The notes: generated by a model not told the origin, from the sequence alone. DNA of 63,111 nucleotides, filler included, from Chiloscyllium plagiosum (GCF_004010195.1; 5 parts of one record of this genome joined end to end with filler, not necessarily neighbours in it); one strand, 5' to 3'; counted from the first letter of the whole stretch, positions 49,452-62,017 are shown. Translations and numbers: made by a program.

Positions 49452-52400
49452 AGTCTGCAAAACAACCCTCCACTCTTTTAAAACCAAAGATGTAAATGGA
49501 AAAATAAAACCTAGATCCCCTGATACTGCCTGCATCAGACATTCCTGGAACAGAAACATCACCGGGAAAAATGGTGTGCTCATTGAAAACAGAAATTAAA
49601 CTGCTTTCACTTTGTTTAGTTCTTTCAATCTTTCCACAGATCAATAGTGCCTTTTTTGTTTAACAAGCAAAGATTGGCTCTCCCTGCCCCACCAACCACT
49701 TGTGGTCAGGGGCTGCAGGGGGCCAAAATAAAAATATACTCAATCAAATTAAACAACACATGAACAGCCCTGATGAGGAGTCATTTGGTCTTGAAATACT
49801 AGCTGCCCTCTCTCATGGATGCTGCTGTGATCTCCAGCATTTGTTCTTTTCAACCAAATAAAAAACTAAACAACTACATTCTCTTTTCAACGAAATAAAT
49901 TTCTGCTCCATCACAATTGAAAACTCCTGGGAAATGAACAATAACAGTTTAAAACTCAGAGAAAGCACACCTGCACATTTCAACTAAAAATAACTTATCA
50001 CTCACAGTGATCCCCATCAAGAGCATTTGGGACAGCAACGTTTCAGGACTACAATTAAAGCCACCTTGGATCAAAAGTGGGCAGCTTGTCGGCAGTGAAT
50101 CTGGCAGCAAGGTAGATTCGGAAATGTTGCAGTGATGACACAGCCCTGTTCGACACCAGTTCAGAGGGTGATTGGGTCGGTACTGAAGCTAAAAATGTGT
50201 TGCTGGAAAAACGCAGCAGGCCAAGCAGCATCCAAGGAACAGGAGAATCGACGTTTCGGGCATAAGCCCTTCTTGTCATTTTGATGAATTACATGTCATT
50301 GTGGACCAGGTGACAAACATCATGGTGCAACTAAAGTCGAGAAAAATGCTCCAGATATGCTTCCCGATTGATGATGTTAAAGGCCTTTTTAAGTTCCCAG
50401 AAGGCCATAGACTACAGTGAAAATCATGTTCAATGGATCACTCTCTGGCTGAAAGCCACACTGAAATCCTGGGAGGACTTCCTCAGCCACAGGGAGAAGA
50501 AAGTTGAAAAGGACTTTGGTGATACGTTTCCAATGGTTGACATCAGGGATATTCCTCTGTAGTTACCACAGTCTGGCATGCTCATTTTTTCATAAAATAC
50601 TTACAACTTTGGCATCTTGGAGCTCTTCTGGGAAGCTCTCCTCCTTCCAGATAAGGCAGANNNNNNNNNNNNNNNNNNNNNNNNNNNNNNNNNNNNNNNN
50701 NNNNNNNNNNNNNNNNNNNNNNNNNNNNNNNNNNNNNNNNNNNNNNNNNNNNNNNNNNNNNNNNNNNNNNNNNNNNNNNNNNNNNNNNNNNNNNNNNNNN
50801 NNNNNNNNNNNNNNNNNNNNNNNNNNNNNNNNNNNNNNNNNNNNNNNNNNNNNNNNNNNNNNNNNNNNNNNNNNNNNNNNNNNNNNNNNNNNNNNNNNNN
50901 NNNNNNNNNNNNNNNNNNNNNNNNNNNNNTTCCAATCATTACCTCCATCCCACTTTACATCCTGGGGCATAAGCCCGTTCTATTTCCCAAAGCATCTCTG
51001 AAGGCGTTTTCCTACGAGGTCTACTTCCTTGGACACTGGCTTGGCTCATGCACTAAAGCTTGGACTGTAGCCCATCTCTTGCATCTCAGAAAACATTGAT
51101 CTTCTTACTCAGGTGACAATGGCATCAATGCTACAACATCTACTGAGTCCATCTCACCCTCAAGGTTACTTCCACTCTGGGTGGACTGGCAGAACTCACA
51201 GGTTCAGACAGCCTTGCCGGATAATCTCAGGGACTGGGAATGTTTTGCTCCTGGCCACTTGTGAGGTTACACCTATCATATGATCTTCAGATTTGTTTAG
51301 GACCGCCTCTCCAACCCCAAACATTGCACATCTGAGACATGTCCTCACTTTGATCATGCCTCTTACCCATGCAGGGCTATTCTCTTGGTTTCAACAGCAT
51401 ATTTTGTTCCAGGATATTAACAGCATCTTGCACAAAGAGGAGTCTTGTGGCTGGCATTGGCATTCCTGTTGTCATAACACCACCTCCACCCCCCCCCAAC
51501 AATGTCTGGGAAGATCAGATTTAACCTGGAATGGAAATCCTTTCCACATTAACAACTCTGGTGGAACAGACCCTGCAGTTGCATGAGTGTTGTTTCTATC
51601 ATCAAAAAGAAACTGGGACAGTTTGGGATGCAGTTAAGTTTGATTCATAGAGTCAGAGAGATGTACAGCATGGAAATAGATCCTTCGGTCCAACCTGTCC
51701 TTGCTGACCAGATATCCCAACCCAATCTACTTCCACCAGCCAGCACCTGGCCCATTTCCCTCCAGACCCTTCATATTCATATACCCATTGAAATGCCTCT
51801 TAAATGTTGCAATTGTACCAGGTTTCACCACTTCCTCTGGCAGCTCATTCCATACCCACATCACCCTCTGTGTGAAAAAGCTGCCCCTTAGGTTTCCTTG
51901 ATATCTTTCACCTCTCACCCAAAACTTATGCCCTCTAGTTCTGACTTCCCAACCCCAGGGAAAAGTCTTTGCCTATTTACCCTCTCCATACCACTTGTAG
52001 GCTGTTTTCTTAACCTTGACTTCAATGATTGAACTGTGTTTTGCAACAGACTATCAGACAATGGATGCAGCTGTCATTGCATGCTGAATGCCAGTCGACT
52101 TTAGGAAATACTCAATACTCCCTGCTGGCAAGTGAATGCCCATTATCTGTGAACAACACGTCCAAACACCAGATGCTCATAACTTTTCAATAATAGTCCC
52201 CACATTCGAAAATAAGCTCTATGCATCTCCAACAACTTTGAATGGGTGTGCACAATGATTAAAAGTATCAATCTCTCAAATGGACTGGCACATTCAATAT
52301 GTAACTGAGTCCATGCTATACTAGGCCAGTCCCATGAATATTGCGCACTGCTAGCAAAAATATATGTCCTTGTTTGCACGCTGGGTACTGACTCACCAAC

Positions 52401-53810
52401 ATGCTTATGTCGGCCTTCCATCCCAGCCCCCAAACATAACTTTTCATTCACATTTTCATTTTGGAAATGACAGGATGACCCTGTGGAATTCAACCAGAAT
52501 CTTTCAGTGACCTTTCCACGGGCCAAACACACTGCTCCCAATAATAGCACATTGTCTTCAATTGTCATCTGATCTCGATGCTCCTTTCATTTCCAACACA
52601 ACGAGTTGATTTTTTTCACCAGCAAGGGATCTTTTTGTCTACATAGTCTGATATTGTCAGAGATTACCAGAAAGGTGTCCAGAAAGATTCAATCCAGAAC
52701 AGACTTTTCCAGTGGTGGCACCTGTCATGGTGTACCCACCATTGGGAATTGGCTTTAGGCATTCATTACTTGGCTGCCCGGATGATGTTCCAACCTGTAA
52801 TTGCATGCACTCAGAATAAGAGCTCGCCTTGCAATTTCACCTGAAGCTAAAAGTGGGATGGCACTGTCCCCATTAGGTAGACCTAGCAAGGTTTTTGTGG
52901 TCTATTACTATTTCATATTTATGTTTAGAAAAGCATTGATTGAACATTCTGAAACAAAAGATTACTGACAATTGCTCCTTCCATACATGGATGTCTCTTC
53001 ATTCAGCAACAGCTAAAGTCTGGCAAGCATAAACAATTGGGCATTCCTCTTTGCCAAGCTGTCAGTGAGTGAACAGGAACCTGATACCATATGTGGAGGC
53101 ATTGCATGTCAGCACAAAACCTCACTGGGGATTATTCGGTGCCGAAACATTAAATGACCAGAGCTGCTTGTTCACTTCTCAAAAGGCTGCTTCTTAGCAA
53201 TGTGACTATTTGTAAAGCTGGCCCTTTCTGAATACCATTCAGCATCAGCCAAACTCTGGGAGACACATACTATAAGGCAGTCCTCTCTGTCAGTGAGCCA
53301 GCAGTAACTGGATACCATATGGTGAGGCTTTGCAAATCAGCACTACATCTCACTGGAGATCATTCTGTGCCAAGAAATTAAATGATGATAGCTGCTTTTT
53401 CAATTCCCATAAGGCTTCTTCTTGACGACCGGAGTATTTGCAAAGCTGGCCCTTTCTGAATACCAAATCTCAGCTGCCAAAATGGCAGTGAGGTGATTCC
53501 AATAGTTTTCCATAATAATTCACCAATCCAAGGAAATACTGAAGCTCCAATGCAGACGTGGAAACCGATGAACCCTTGGTTGCCCTTGCTTTATTTTTCA
53601 CTGTAGTGGTTTGAACATCGCTTAGCTTTCCAGGCTCTTGATTTGTGCTTCTATTTTTGCACATAAGGGAAATGGGACTGATAGTATGGGCCTGTTGTGC
53701 CAAATGGCCTACTTCCGCACTGTAGAGGTTCTGTCAACCCCTAGGACTCTCTGTTCGACAACACTCCACAGGCTGTTCCAAAAGTGGTCCTACCTTGTTC
53801 CTCTTACCAA
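49452..53810 (-). repeat. Inverted copy D of the composite block (paralog of ~37365-41600)
   Basis: Paired ORFs 41409(+)/48886(-), 40352(-)/50368(+) and 39083(-)/51583(+). Retains ~52185-52715, which the left copy lacks, and lacks ~37575-38060. Confidence 0.85.
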
Positions 53811-53814
53811 AATA

Positions 53815-54862
53815 AGACCCGTTGTGGTAAGTAGGTAAGTGCTGCATTTTGCTTGTTATATTCTTTAGACCCAGTTTGTTTTTAAAAAAAGGTTACTTTT
53901 AGAGGGATGGCAGTGAAGGCAGTGCAATGTTCCTCTTGCAACATGTTTGAGGTGAGGGATGCCATGGACATCCCTGCTGATTACACTTGCAGGAAGTGCA
54001 CCCATCTCCAGCTCCTCCAAGAACGAGTTAGGGAACTGGAGCTGGAGTTGGATGAACTTAGGATCATTCGGGAGGCAGAGGGGGTCATAGATCAGAGCTT
54101 AGGGAAGTTGTAACTCCAAAGATTGCAGACAGATGGGTGACAGTGAGGGGGACTGGGAGGAAGCAGCCAGTGCAGGGACCCCTCTGCGGCCGTTCCCCTC
54201 AAGAACAAGTATACCGTTTTGGATACTTGTCGGGGGGAGGGGGACTTACCAGGCATAAGTAACGGGGCTCAGGCCTCTGGCACGGAGCCTGTCCCCGTTG
54301 CTCAGAAGGGAAGGGTGGAGAAGAGGAGAGCAATAGTAATTGGGGACTTGATAGTTCGGGGCACAGATAGGCGGTTTTGTGGGGGCGAGAGAGACTCACG
54401 TTTGGTATGTTGCCTCCCAGGTGCAAGGGTACGTGATGTCTCTGATCATGTTTTCCGGGTCCTTAAGGGGGAGGGGAAGCAGCCCGAAGTCGTGGTCCAC
54501 ACTGGCACCAATGACATAGGTAGGAGGTGGGCTGAGGATGTTAGGCAGGCTTTCAGGGAGCTAGGCTGGAAGCTCAGAGTTAGAACGAACAGAGTTGTTG
54601 TCTCTGGTTTGTTACCCGTGCCACGTGATAGAGAGTCGAGGAATAGGGAGAGAGAACAGCTAAATGTGTGGCTACAGGGATGGTGCAGGAGGGAGGGATT
54701 CCGGTATTTGGATAACTGGGGTTCTTTCTGGGGAAGGTGGGACCTCTATAAACAGGATGGTCTACACCTGAACCTGAGGGGCACCAGTATCCTTGTTGGG
54801 AGGTTTGCTAGTGCTCTTGGGGGGGGGTTTAAACTAACTCTGCAGGGGCATGGAAACCCAGA
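53815..54862 (+). mobile_element. Young CR1 LINE 5' end, ORF1 (zinc finger, coiled coil, SGNH esterase), frameshifted near 54100
   Basis: CSSC...CRKCTHLQLLQERVRELELEL, then IVIGDLIVRG, CCLPGARV, HTGTNDIG and QDGLHLN. Confidence 0.9.
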
Positions 54863-55089
54863 NNNNNNNNNNNNNNNNNNNNNNNNNNNNNNNNNNNNNN
54901 NNNNNNTTAATTAATTAANNNNNNNNNNNNNNNNNNNNNNNNNNNNNNNNNNNNNNNNNNNNTTTAAATATGGGGATGCTCCGGCCAGGACTGGGACAGA
55001 AAGAAAAGGAGAGGCAACCTCTCCGGAGTAGCTACAAAGCAGGGAGACTGGGACAGTCAGAGAATCTGGTGGGTTATAGCTCGGACCCA

Positions 55090-56900
55090 CTCAGTGGTGT
55101 GCGTAACTCAAACAGGAAAGTGGGTTGTTTTCTATCGACCCTGTAGAGATCGAGGGCCCTCTCACTCCCCACACAAACGGGATCTTATCAAAGCTGGGGC
55201 TGAGGAGGCAGTAATTGTGAGAGTGACAGATTGACAGAAGCTGGAAATAGTCTGGGACATTGAATGGCAGAAGAAAGTGGTGTTTACTGACCAAGGAGAA
55301 CATGCCACCAGGATACTATTACCTCAGGGATCCTGCAATATTCCAGTATATCCCACCGATGTGTGTTTGATGGATTTAGTCACACTGATATTACCAACAC
55401 CTCATCACCTCAAGCAATGAGAAAAAAACATATCCAGATATTAAACAGAGTATTGGGCCAGGTTAGCCAGGCCAGGCTTAAAATAAACGCCCCGAGAGTG
55501 CAACTGGGAAGATAGGGAGAGACGGAACTGGGATATCATATTGGGGAGATCAAATCAGGAAGGAAGAGGGAACAGTCCCAGCGGGAACAAAAACTATAAT
55601 TATAAAATTATCCACCAGCACATCGTAAAGGGGTCAAGCAAACTTTAGGATATTTTAATTATTGTGGGAATTTTGTGGGGAATTATCCAGAAATAGAGAA
55701 CCATCACAAGCCGTGGCAGAAGCGCGGACATTTGCCGGGGGTGAGGGAGGCAAAATGTACACAGACAGTCAGCATGCCTTTGGTATATTTCATGACTGGG
55801 CTCGGTGAAGATACATCACCCTGTCTGTGGGCACATAGAGCATGAAGAATAGGTCAGAGAATTAGGGGAAGCAGCTAACTTTCCCAGTGAAGCAGTAATA
55901 ATAAAGATTAGAGCTCACAGGACATTAGAAACTCCACACCAACGGGGTAGTGCGCATGTGTAAAATACTGACTGAAACAGTGCAGACATTTGAGGAGGAT
56001 GCAGTGGCAGGAGCGACAGAAGCGAGAAAGGAAAGTTTAAAGACATTTCCAGAAACAGTCCCACAGCAGGAGAAACAGGAATGGGAAAAGGGTGGGGCAG
56101 TAATAGGACATAGGATAATCCAGCAGTGCCACTGTATAAGACAAACATTATGAAAAACATATCATGGGCTGGCCCATATTGCGGAGGAAAAAATGCAATA
56201 TCGGATGATCAACTCCAGGGGTGTTCTGGAACAAGAAGGTTTTGTCGAAGGGGTGTAGTCTGTACACAGTGTGAGCGAGGGAAAACAATAAGGATAAAAT
56301 GGAGGCAGCCGCAGGGACTCACGGGAACAATCACAGATGGATTTTACATGCACCTGCATCCCAATCCCAGGGAAGGAAATCCTGCTGGGTCTTAATAAAC
56401 ATGTTTACTCAGTGGATGGAAGTATTCCCCTGCAGATTCTGACCAAGGGATACAAGTTACAGGAAACGAAGTTAAGCAGGTCTGTGGCTTGTTTGGTACT
56501 GAGCAGAAATCCCATCTCACATACCACCCCAGAGCTCAGGGACAGTAGAAGGAATGAAGCAGACACTGAAAGCTAGTCTGACTAAGGGCCTGACAGAGAC
56601 AGGCAGGGAAGGGTTACAGTACTCCCCACCATCCTAATAAAACTGACGTCAACCACAGCAAAGGGAACTGAGCAATCCCCCTTTGAATTAGTGACTGGAT
56701 GGACTGTGCAGCTGCCAGAGGGTATGGTAGTGGGAGGGCAGGAGATGTACAATGGCAAGGATAGGGTGAAATAATTTGTGAAAGAACTGACAAAGCAACT
56801 GCATGAGCTGAGAGGGGAAGTTGCAGACGGACAGAGAATCAGAGACTGGGAAAGGGAGCTCATAAACATCCGAGCTGACATCACGAACCCAGAGATCGGG
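55090..56900 (+). mobile_element. Endogenous retrovirus pol relic (ERV1/epsilon-like)
   Basis: In retroviral order: RT FTDQGE...LPQGSCNIP (~55285); RNase H MYTDSQHAFGIFHD (55755) and PSEAVIIKIRAH; integrase QMDFT, MFTQWMEVFP (56401) and VLPTILIKL...SPFELVTG. Confidence 0.7.
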
Positions 56901-57100
56901 TCAGGGGGGAAATATTAGTGGAACGTATGAAAGAAACATCAAAATGCTGTACTTGGCTGGGGGAGCCACAGAATTCCAGAGATGGAACTCTTCCATCATG
57001 CATTAGTAAGGAGCTCTGAATAAACATTGGTCGTGCTGCTCAGCACAGAACTCAAGGCTCCTCTTTGATATTTCTCCCAGCAACAGTTATGCAGGGGTAT

Positions 57101-57388
57101 TAGATTAGATTACTTACAGTGTGGAAACAGGCCCTTCGGCCCAACAAGTCCACACCGACCCGCCGAAGCGCAACCCACCCATACCCCCACATTTACCCCT
57201 TTTAACCTAACACTATGGGCAATTTAGCATGGCCAATTCACCTGACCTGCACACTGTGGGAGGAAACCCACGCAGACACGGAGAGAATGTGCAAACTCCA
57301 CACAGTCAGTCGCCTGAGTCGGGAATTGAACCCGGGTCTCTGGCGCTGTGAGGCAACAGTGCTAACCACTGTGCCACCGTGCCGCCAC
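57101..57388 (-). mobile_element. HE1-type SINE, near full length
   Basis: Reverse complement of 36086-36398 with a small internal deletion. GGGTAT TSD at 57095-57100 and 57389-57394. Confidence 0.92.
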
Positions 57389-57394
57389 GGGTAT

Positions 57395-58540
57395 GTTGCC
57401 GGCTGGAGGTCTGTGACCTGTGCGTCTGTTCCACAAGGGTCAGAGCTGGGACATCTGTTGTTTGTAATACACATAAATGATTAGCCTGAAAATGCAAACA
57501 ATTTAACTAGCAAGTTTTTAGATGGCACAAAGTGAAGAAGTTGTGAATCGTGAAGAATGTTGTCAAAGGAAACTTCAAGAACGAGATCAGTTGGAAGGTT
57601 ATGCAGAGAAATTGCAGATAGATTTTCATTCAGACAAGTGTGACGTGATGCGTTTTGAGCGCCTCATTGTAAGAGGAATGTATACACTAAAAAGAAGTGC
57701 CCTGAGCAGCATTGATACACAGAGGGAACTTCAGGTGCAAGTTCACAGCTCCCTGAAAATGGTGAAGGAGCTGGATGGCAGGCTTGCCTTCTTCTGTCAG
57801 GGGAATGAATATAAAACTGTCATTAGGCCACCTTTGCAGCATTGTGTGCTGTTTTGAGCACCGCATTATAAGGAGGATGTGGAGGCTTTGGAGAGGGTGG
57901 AAATAGGTTTACCAGGATGTTGTCTGGAGTGGGAGAGGTTGAAAAATCTTGGATTGTTGTCTTTGGAAAGTCAGTGGCTGTGGAGTGAGCCAAGAGGCAC
58001 AGACAGAGTGAATAATCTGAATCTTTTTCCAAGTGGAAATTACCAATTCCACAGGCCATAGATTTAAGCGGAGAGGGGCAAGTTTAAAGGAAATGAAAAA
58101 CGAAAGAACAGCAGATGTTGTAAACCAGAAATAAACCCAGAAGTTTCTGAAAAAGCTCAGCAGTTCTAGCAGCATCTGTGAAGAGAAATTAGTTAACCTT
58201 TCTGAGGAAGGGTGACCAGAACCTAAACTTTAACTGATTTTTCTTCATAGACGCTGCATGACCTGCTGAGCATTTTCAACAACATCTGTGCAAGTTAAAA
58301 AGGAGTTGTGTCAGACAAGTTTCTTATGCAGAAGGTGGTCAGTGACTAGAATGTACTTGCCTGAGAGATGGTAAAAGCAGAAACAATCACAATGTTTAAG
58401 AGGCATTTGGACAGACAGATAAGCAGGCATGGGTTGGCAGGGATATGGATCATGTGCAGGCAGATGGAATCAGTTTGGAATGGCATCATGCTCCACACAG
58501 ACATGGTGGGCCGATTATTCCGGTGCTGTATTGTTCTGTT
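57395..58540 (+). mobile_element. CR1 LINE 3' portion, degenerate, with a PLE palindrome at ~58100-58290
   Basis: VPQGSELGHLLFVIHIND, IRPPLQHCVLF, EALERV and TMFKRHLD. Confidence 0.8.
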
Positions 58541-61200
58541 TTCCAGGGGGTAGAATGATAATATTTTGAGTATAATATGTCTCATTTTTAGAACACACAG
58601 TAAGTTGATGCATTTTGAGAGAGGCAATGTAGAAAGGGAATATATATTTGAATTGTACAGACATAGGGAGCAGGACAGCAGGAATGCGGGACAATGTGTA
58701 CAAATCCTTAAAGAAGAGAGAATATAAAGTGTTTGAGTAAACGTATAGGATGCTGGGCTTCATTAATAGAGGGAATTAAAACATACTTATGGAAAAGATG
58801 CTGACCGTTGACAAAGTTCTAGTTAGGTCACAGCCAATCATTGCATCCAATTGTGGTCAACAGATTCATGGTCAGGATGAGGAAGTTAAAATACCACCGA
58901 GGGGCCTGTTCCATACTTTGCTTCTCTTTCAGGATGCATTGGCGACTCAAGGGTTAAACATTCTCCTGCCAAAGGTCTTAATGCCGTCTTGTAAGAGTAC
59001 AAGGCCTGTACTCTTCCAATACAGACTGAACGCCTCAGTAGGGGTGGGGCAGACCGTATCTTCGAAATAGAACCTATTGGAGCCACACATGTGGATTCCA
59101 CCATAACCCCAGATAGAGCAATTTGCCCTTTCCAGACAAGACTGAGAGCCCTGTTCACAACCCTGTTAAACTGCCTCCTGCTCCCATTGTCTTACTTCCC
59201 CTCCATATTAGCANAGAGAAGACTGCAGCCCTGTTCACAACCCTGTTAAACTGCCTCCTGCTCCCATTGTCTTACTTCCCCTCCATATTAGCATAGGTAA
59301 GTGAATCCCCCATTTACTGAAAGAAGAACCCTTCTGCCTTAATCTCTTCCCGTCAACACATAATCATGGACAATACGATAATCAGTTTCTGTAATGCATC
59401 ACACATTGTCACAGGACATTGGCATTCATCAAGCTTTGTAAATTCATAATTAACCAACTTTAAACTATGTAATGGCAATCGCCCATGTGACTGAAAAGTC
59501 TTTGTCTAATTCTTATTGAACATACTGTCTCTGTGGGTAAGGCAGAGATTCGTGAAGATGAGTCTGTACAANNNNNNNNNNNNNNNNNNNNNNNNNNNNN
59601 NNNNNNNNNNNNNNNTTAATTAATTAANNNNNNNNNNNNNNNNNNNNNNNNNNNNNNNNNNNNNNNNNNNNAATTAATCCTTTCAAAAGTTTCCACTGTC
59701 GATTATTTTTTAAAGTTAGATCACATAGAATTCAAGGTGAACTTTCCAATTAGATATAAAATTAGTTTAATGGTAGGAGGCTGGGAACGGTGGTGGAGAT
59801 TGTTTCCAGTCTGGAGGACTGTTACCAGCTGTGTTCCACAGGGATCAATGCTGAGCCCATTTCGTTTTACATTCATACAAATGATTTAGATTGAAACATG
59901 GAAAGCATTGTCAGTGGGGTTGCAGATGACATCAAGATTGGTAGTAGAATGGACAGTACAAAAGCTTATGTCAGATTGTAAATAGGTTTTCTCATCAGAT
60001 CAGTTTCTCTCTGTTCTCGACATTTAATAGCGTGGGAGAAAAGCATCATTCGTCCACCGTGCAGCACAGGTAATCAGACGTCCATGTATTCTAGTCCGAG
60101 TTTGCCGCATTTGGCCCATAAGCTGACGCGTTTTGATGTTTCCAGGGCAAATGTCAATGATAATCTCTCTGTAATTTTAAATGACACATCAATGGGACTG
60201 AAATTTAACATGGTCATATTACGTTGTAACCCAGTTGAGGAAATGTATTCTCATGTTCACTCACAAAGGCAGACACAGCAGCACATCCCCGACAGTGACT
60301 GAGGCCTCAGCGTTATGTGCTTCACGTCAGCAAGTTTCTCTGGAAAAAGGAAGCTTCACGCGGAAAACGAGCCAATTGTCCAGAAAATGTGAACCATTGC
60401 GGTGAGCTGGGGTATGAAATGGAAACTGAGTTGAAATAGTCCAACACGCTGCTCGTGTGTAACTTTAAATTTACAAATTACACCCAAATTATCTCTGCGA
60501 CTCCAGAGATCTGACAGGATAGCGGTCACCAATCAATCAATACTAAAAACAACCAACACACGCAAACTCGAAGCACTTTCAAGTCTCGTCTCTTTCTGTT
60601 TCTGTCCTTGTCATAATTCCAGCTTCCTCAGAACATCCAACTCCATGCTCAATGAGCTGCATGATACAAACAGGCGACAGATAATGCAGGCGATCTTTAT
60701 TTCAAAAGCAGAGCCAGGAAATGCTACACACAAGGGCTTACACACGGCTGGGTAAAGTGACAGCACGATATTATCTTCCTAATTTTCCTGTAGATTGATA
60801 CCAGGAATGTGCACCATACTAGTTATTAACTATTGAAATTTCCCAATGGATGCCGTGACTGATAGACAGGTCAGGAGAGAGTAGTTCAAACCCTTCATCG
60901 CTCTGGGACATTTAGCAAAGAAATTCCTGTTACTTAACAAACTGAGCTCCCTACTGCTGGTCATGGAGATCACTAGCACAGAAAATGCACTTTGGCCCAC
61001 CAGGTCTGCACCAGTTTCAGGTCATCCCCTAACTGGTCTTAACTCATTTTGCAGCACTTGGCTCGGAGGTGCAAATGCAGTCAGTAATGGATGTGTAAAT
61101 TAAATGGGTCTCACCTCTTCTGGAGGTTTCTGCTTGTTCAACCCTGACCTGCGATGGGTTCCAGATTCTCAATATTCCTAATCTGGGTTATGTGCGTTTT

Positions 61201-61292
61201 TCCTGAAGAAGGGCTTATGCCCGAAACGTCGATTCTCCTGTTCCTTGGATGCTGCCTGACCTGCTGCGCTTTTCCAGCGACACATTTTCAGC
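61201..61292 (+). mobile_element. Solo PLE family B terminus with hammerhead-like core
   Basis: CUGAAGA-A-GGGC-UUAU-GCCC-GAAA-CGUC (61203-61230). TATGTGCGTTTTTCC is duplicated at 61189-61203 and 61293-61307. Confidence 0.85.
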
Positions 61293-61415
61293 TATGTGCG
61301 TTTTTCCCTATTCAGTGACTTGAATCCCAAACAAGAAAGCAGAGAACCAGCTCTTTTCCATTTTACACTCGGCTCCCAATTACAGTCAGCAAGATGTGAA
61401 ACAGTACGACAAAAA

Positions 61416-61462
61416 CGTAGTGGATTTCAAGCCCATCACCTTACCCACGTGGCAGCCACTGC
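61416..61462 (-). pseudogene. tRNA-Ser(TGA) pseudogene with variable and T arms deleted
   Basis: Plus-strand CGTAG|TGGATTTCAAGCCCATCACCTTACCCACGTGGCAGCCACTGC matches the two ends of a reverse-complemented vertebrate tRNA-Ser. The adjacent AAAAA is a T5 Pol III terminator on the minus strand. Confidence 0.55.
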
Positions 61463-61619
61463 GGAAGCAATGCAGAAGAACTGGTTTGCCAGTCCTCTCT
61501 CCCTGTGGCGCTGACGGACCGTGCATCATTCTTAGCTTTGTTTCATTTCAATCACTACAGCTTCGACACTGTTAAACGTCGGGTCTGTGTGATCAATCCA
61601 GATAGTTGGAATGGATACT

Positions 61620-61810
61620 CAGTAAAAATCAAAAGCAGATATATCAGGAGAAACTGAACACGTCTGGCAGCAGCTGTGGATAGAGAAACAGAGACAATGA
61701 TTCAGACCTTCTTCAGAAAGTTGTTAGAACTCTGTTTTCCCCCACAGATGCAGAAAACCTGCTGAGTTTCTGCAGCAATTTCTGTTTATATTTCATATTC
61801 ACGGCATCCA
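61620..61810. mobile_element. Degenerate palindromic PLE-type terminus
   Basis: TCTGGCAGCAGCTGTGGATAGAGAAACAGAG faces CTCTGTTTTCCCCCACAGATGCAGAAAACCTGCTGAG. Confidence 0.55.
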
Positions 61811-61943
61811 CAGCCCCTTGTTGGTCACAACAGCAATACAGAAACTGGGTTAGGTTTCCGTTTGGGAAATATATCCCTGACCTGATTAAAAACCTAAAAC
61901 TACGCAGCAAAGGAAACAGATGGAGTAAGTAAAGCGACTACTC

Positions 61944-62017
61944 CTTCCATGAGTGGGTGCGACCTACCACCCTCTCGATTAACAGCCGACCGCGCTGACC
62001 CAAAGCACTGAGAGTGG
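61944..62017 (-). tRNA. tRNA-Asn(GTT), degenerate (probable pseudogene)
   Basis: Minus-strand GGTCAGCGCGGTCGGCT-GTT-AATCGAGAGGGTGGTAGGTCGCACCCACTCATGGA aligns without gaps to vertebrate tRNA-Asn. The acceptor stem and B box are decayed. Confidence 0.75.

Noticed and set aside
59133..59293. ~80-bp direct duplication
   Set aside because: The two copies are separated by a single N (59214), typical of an unmerged contig overlap.
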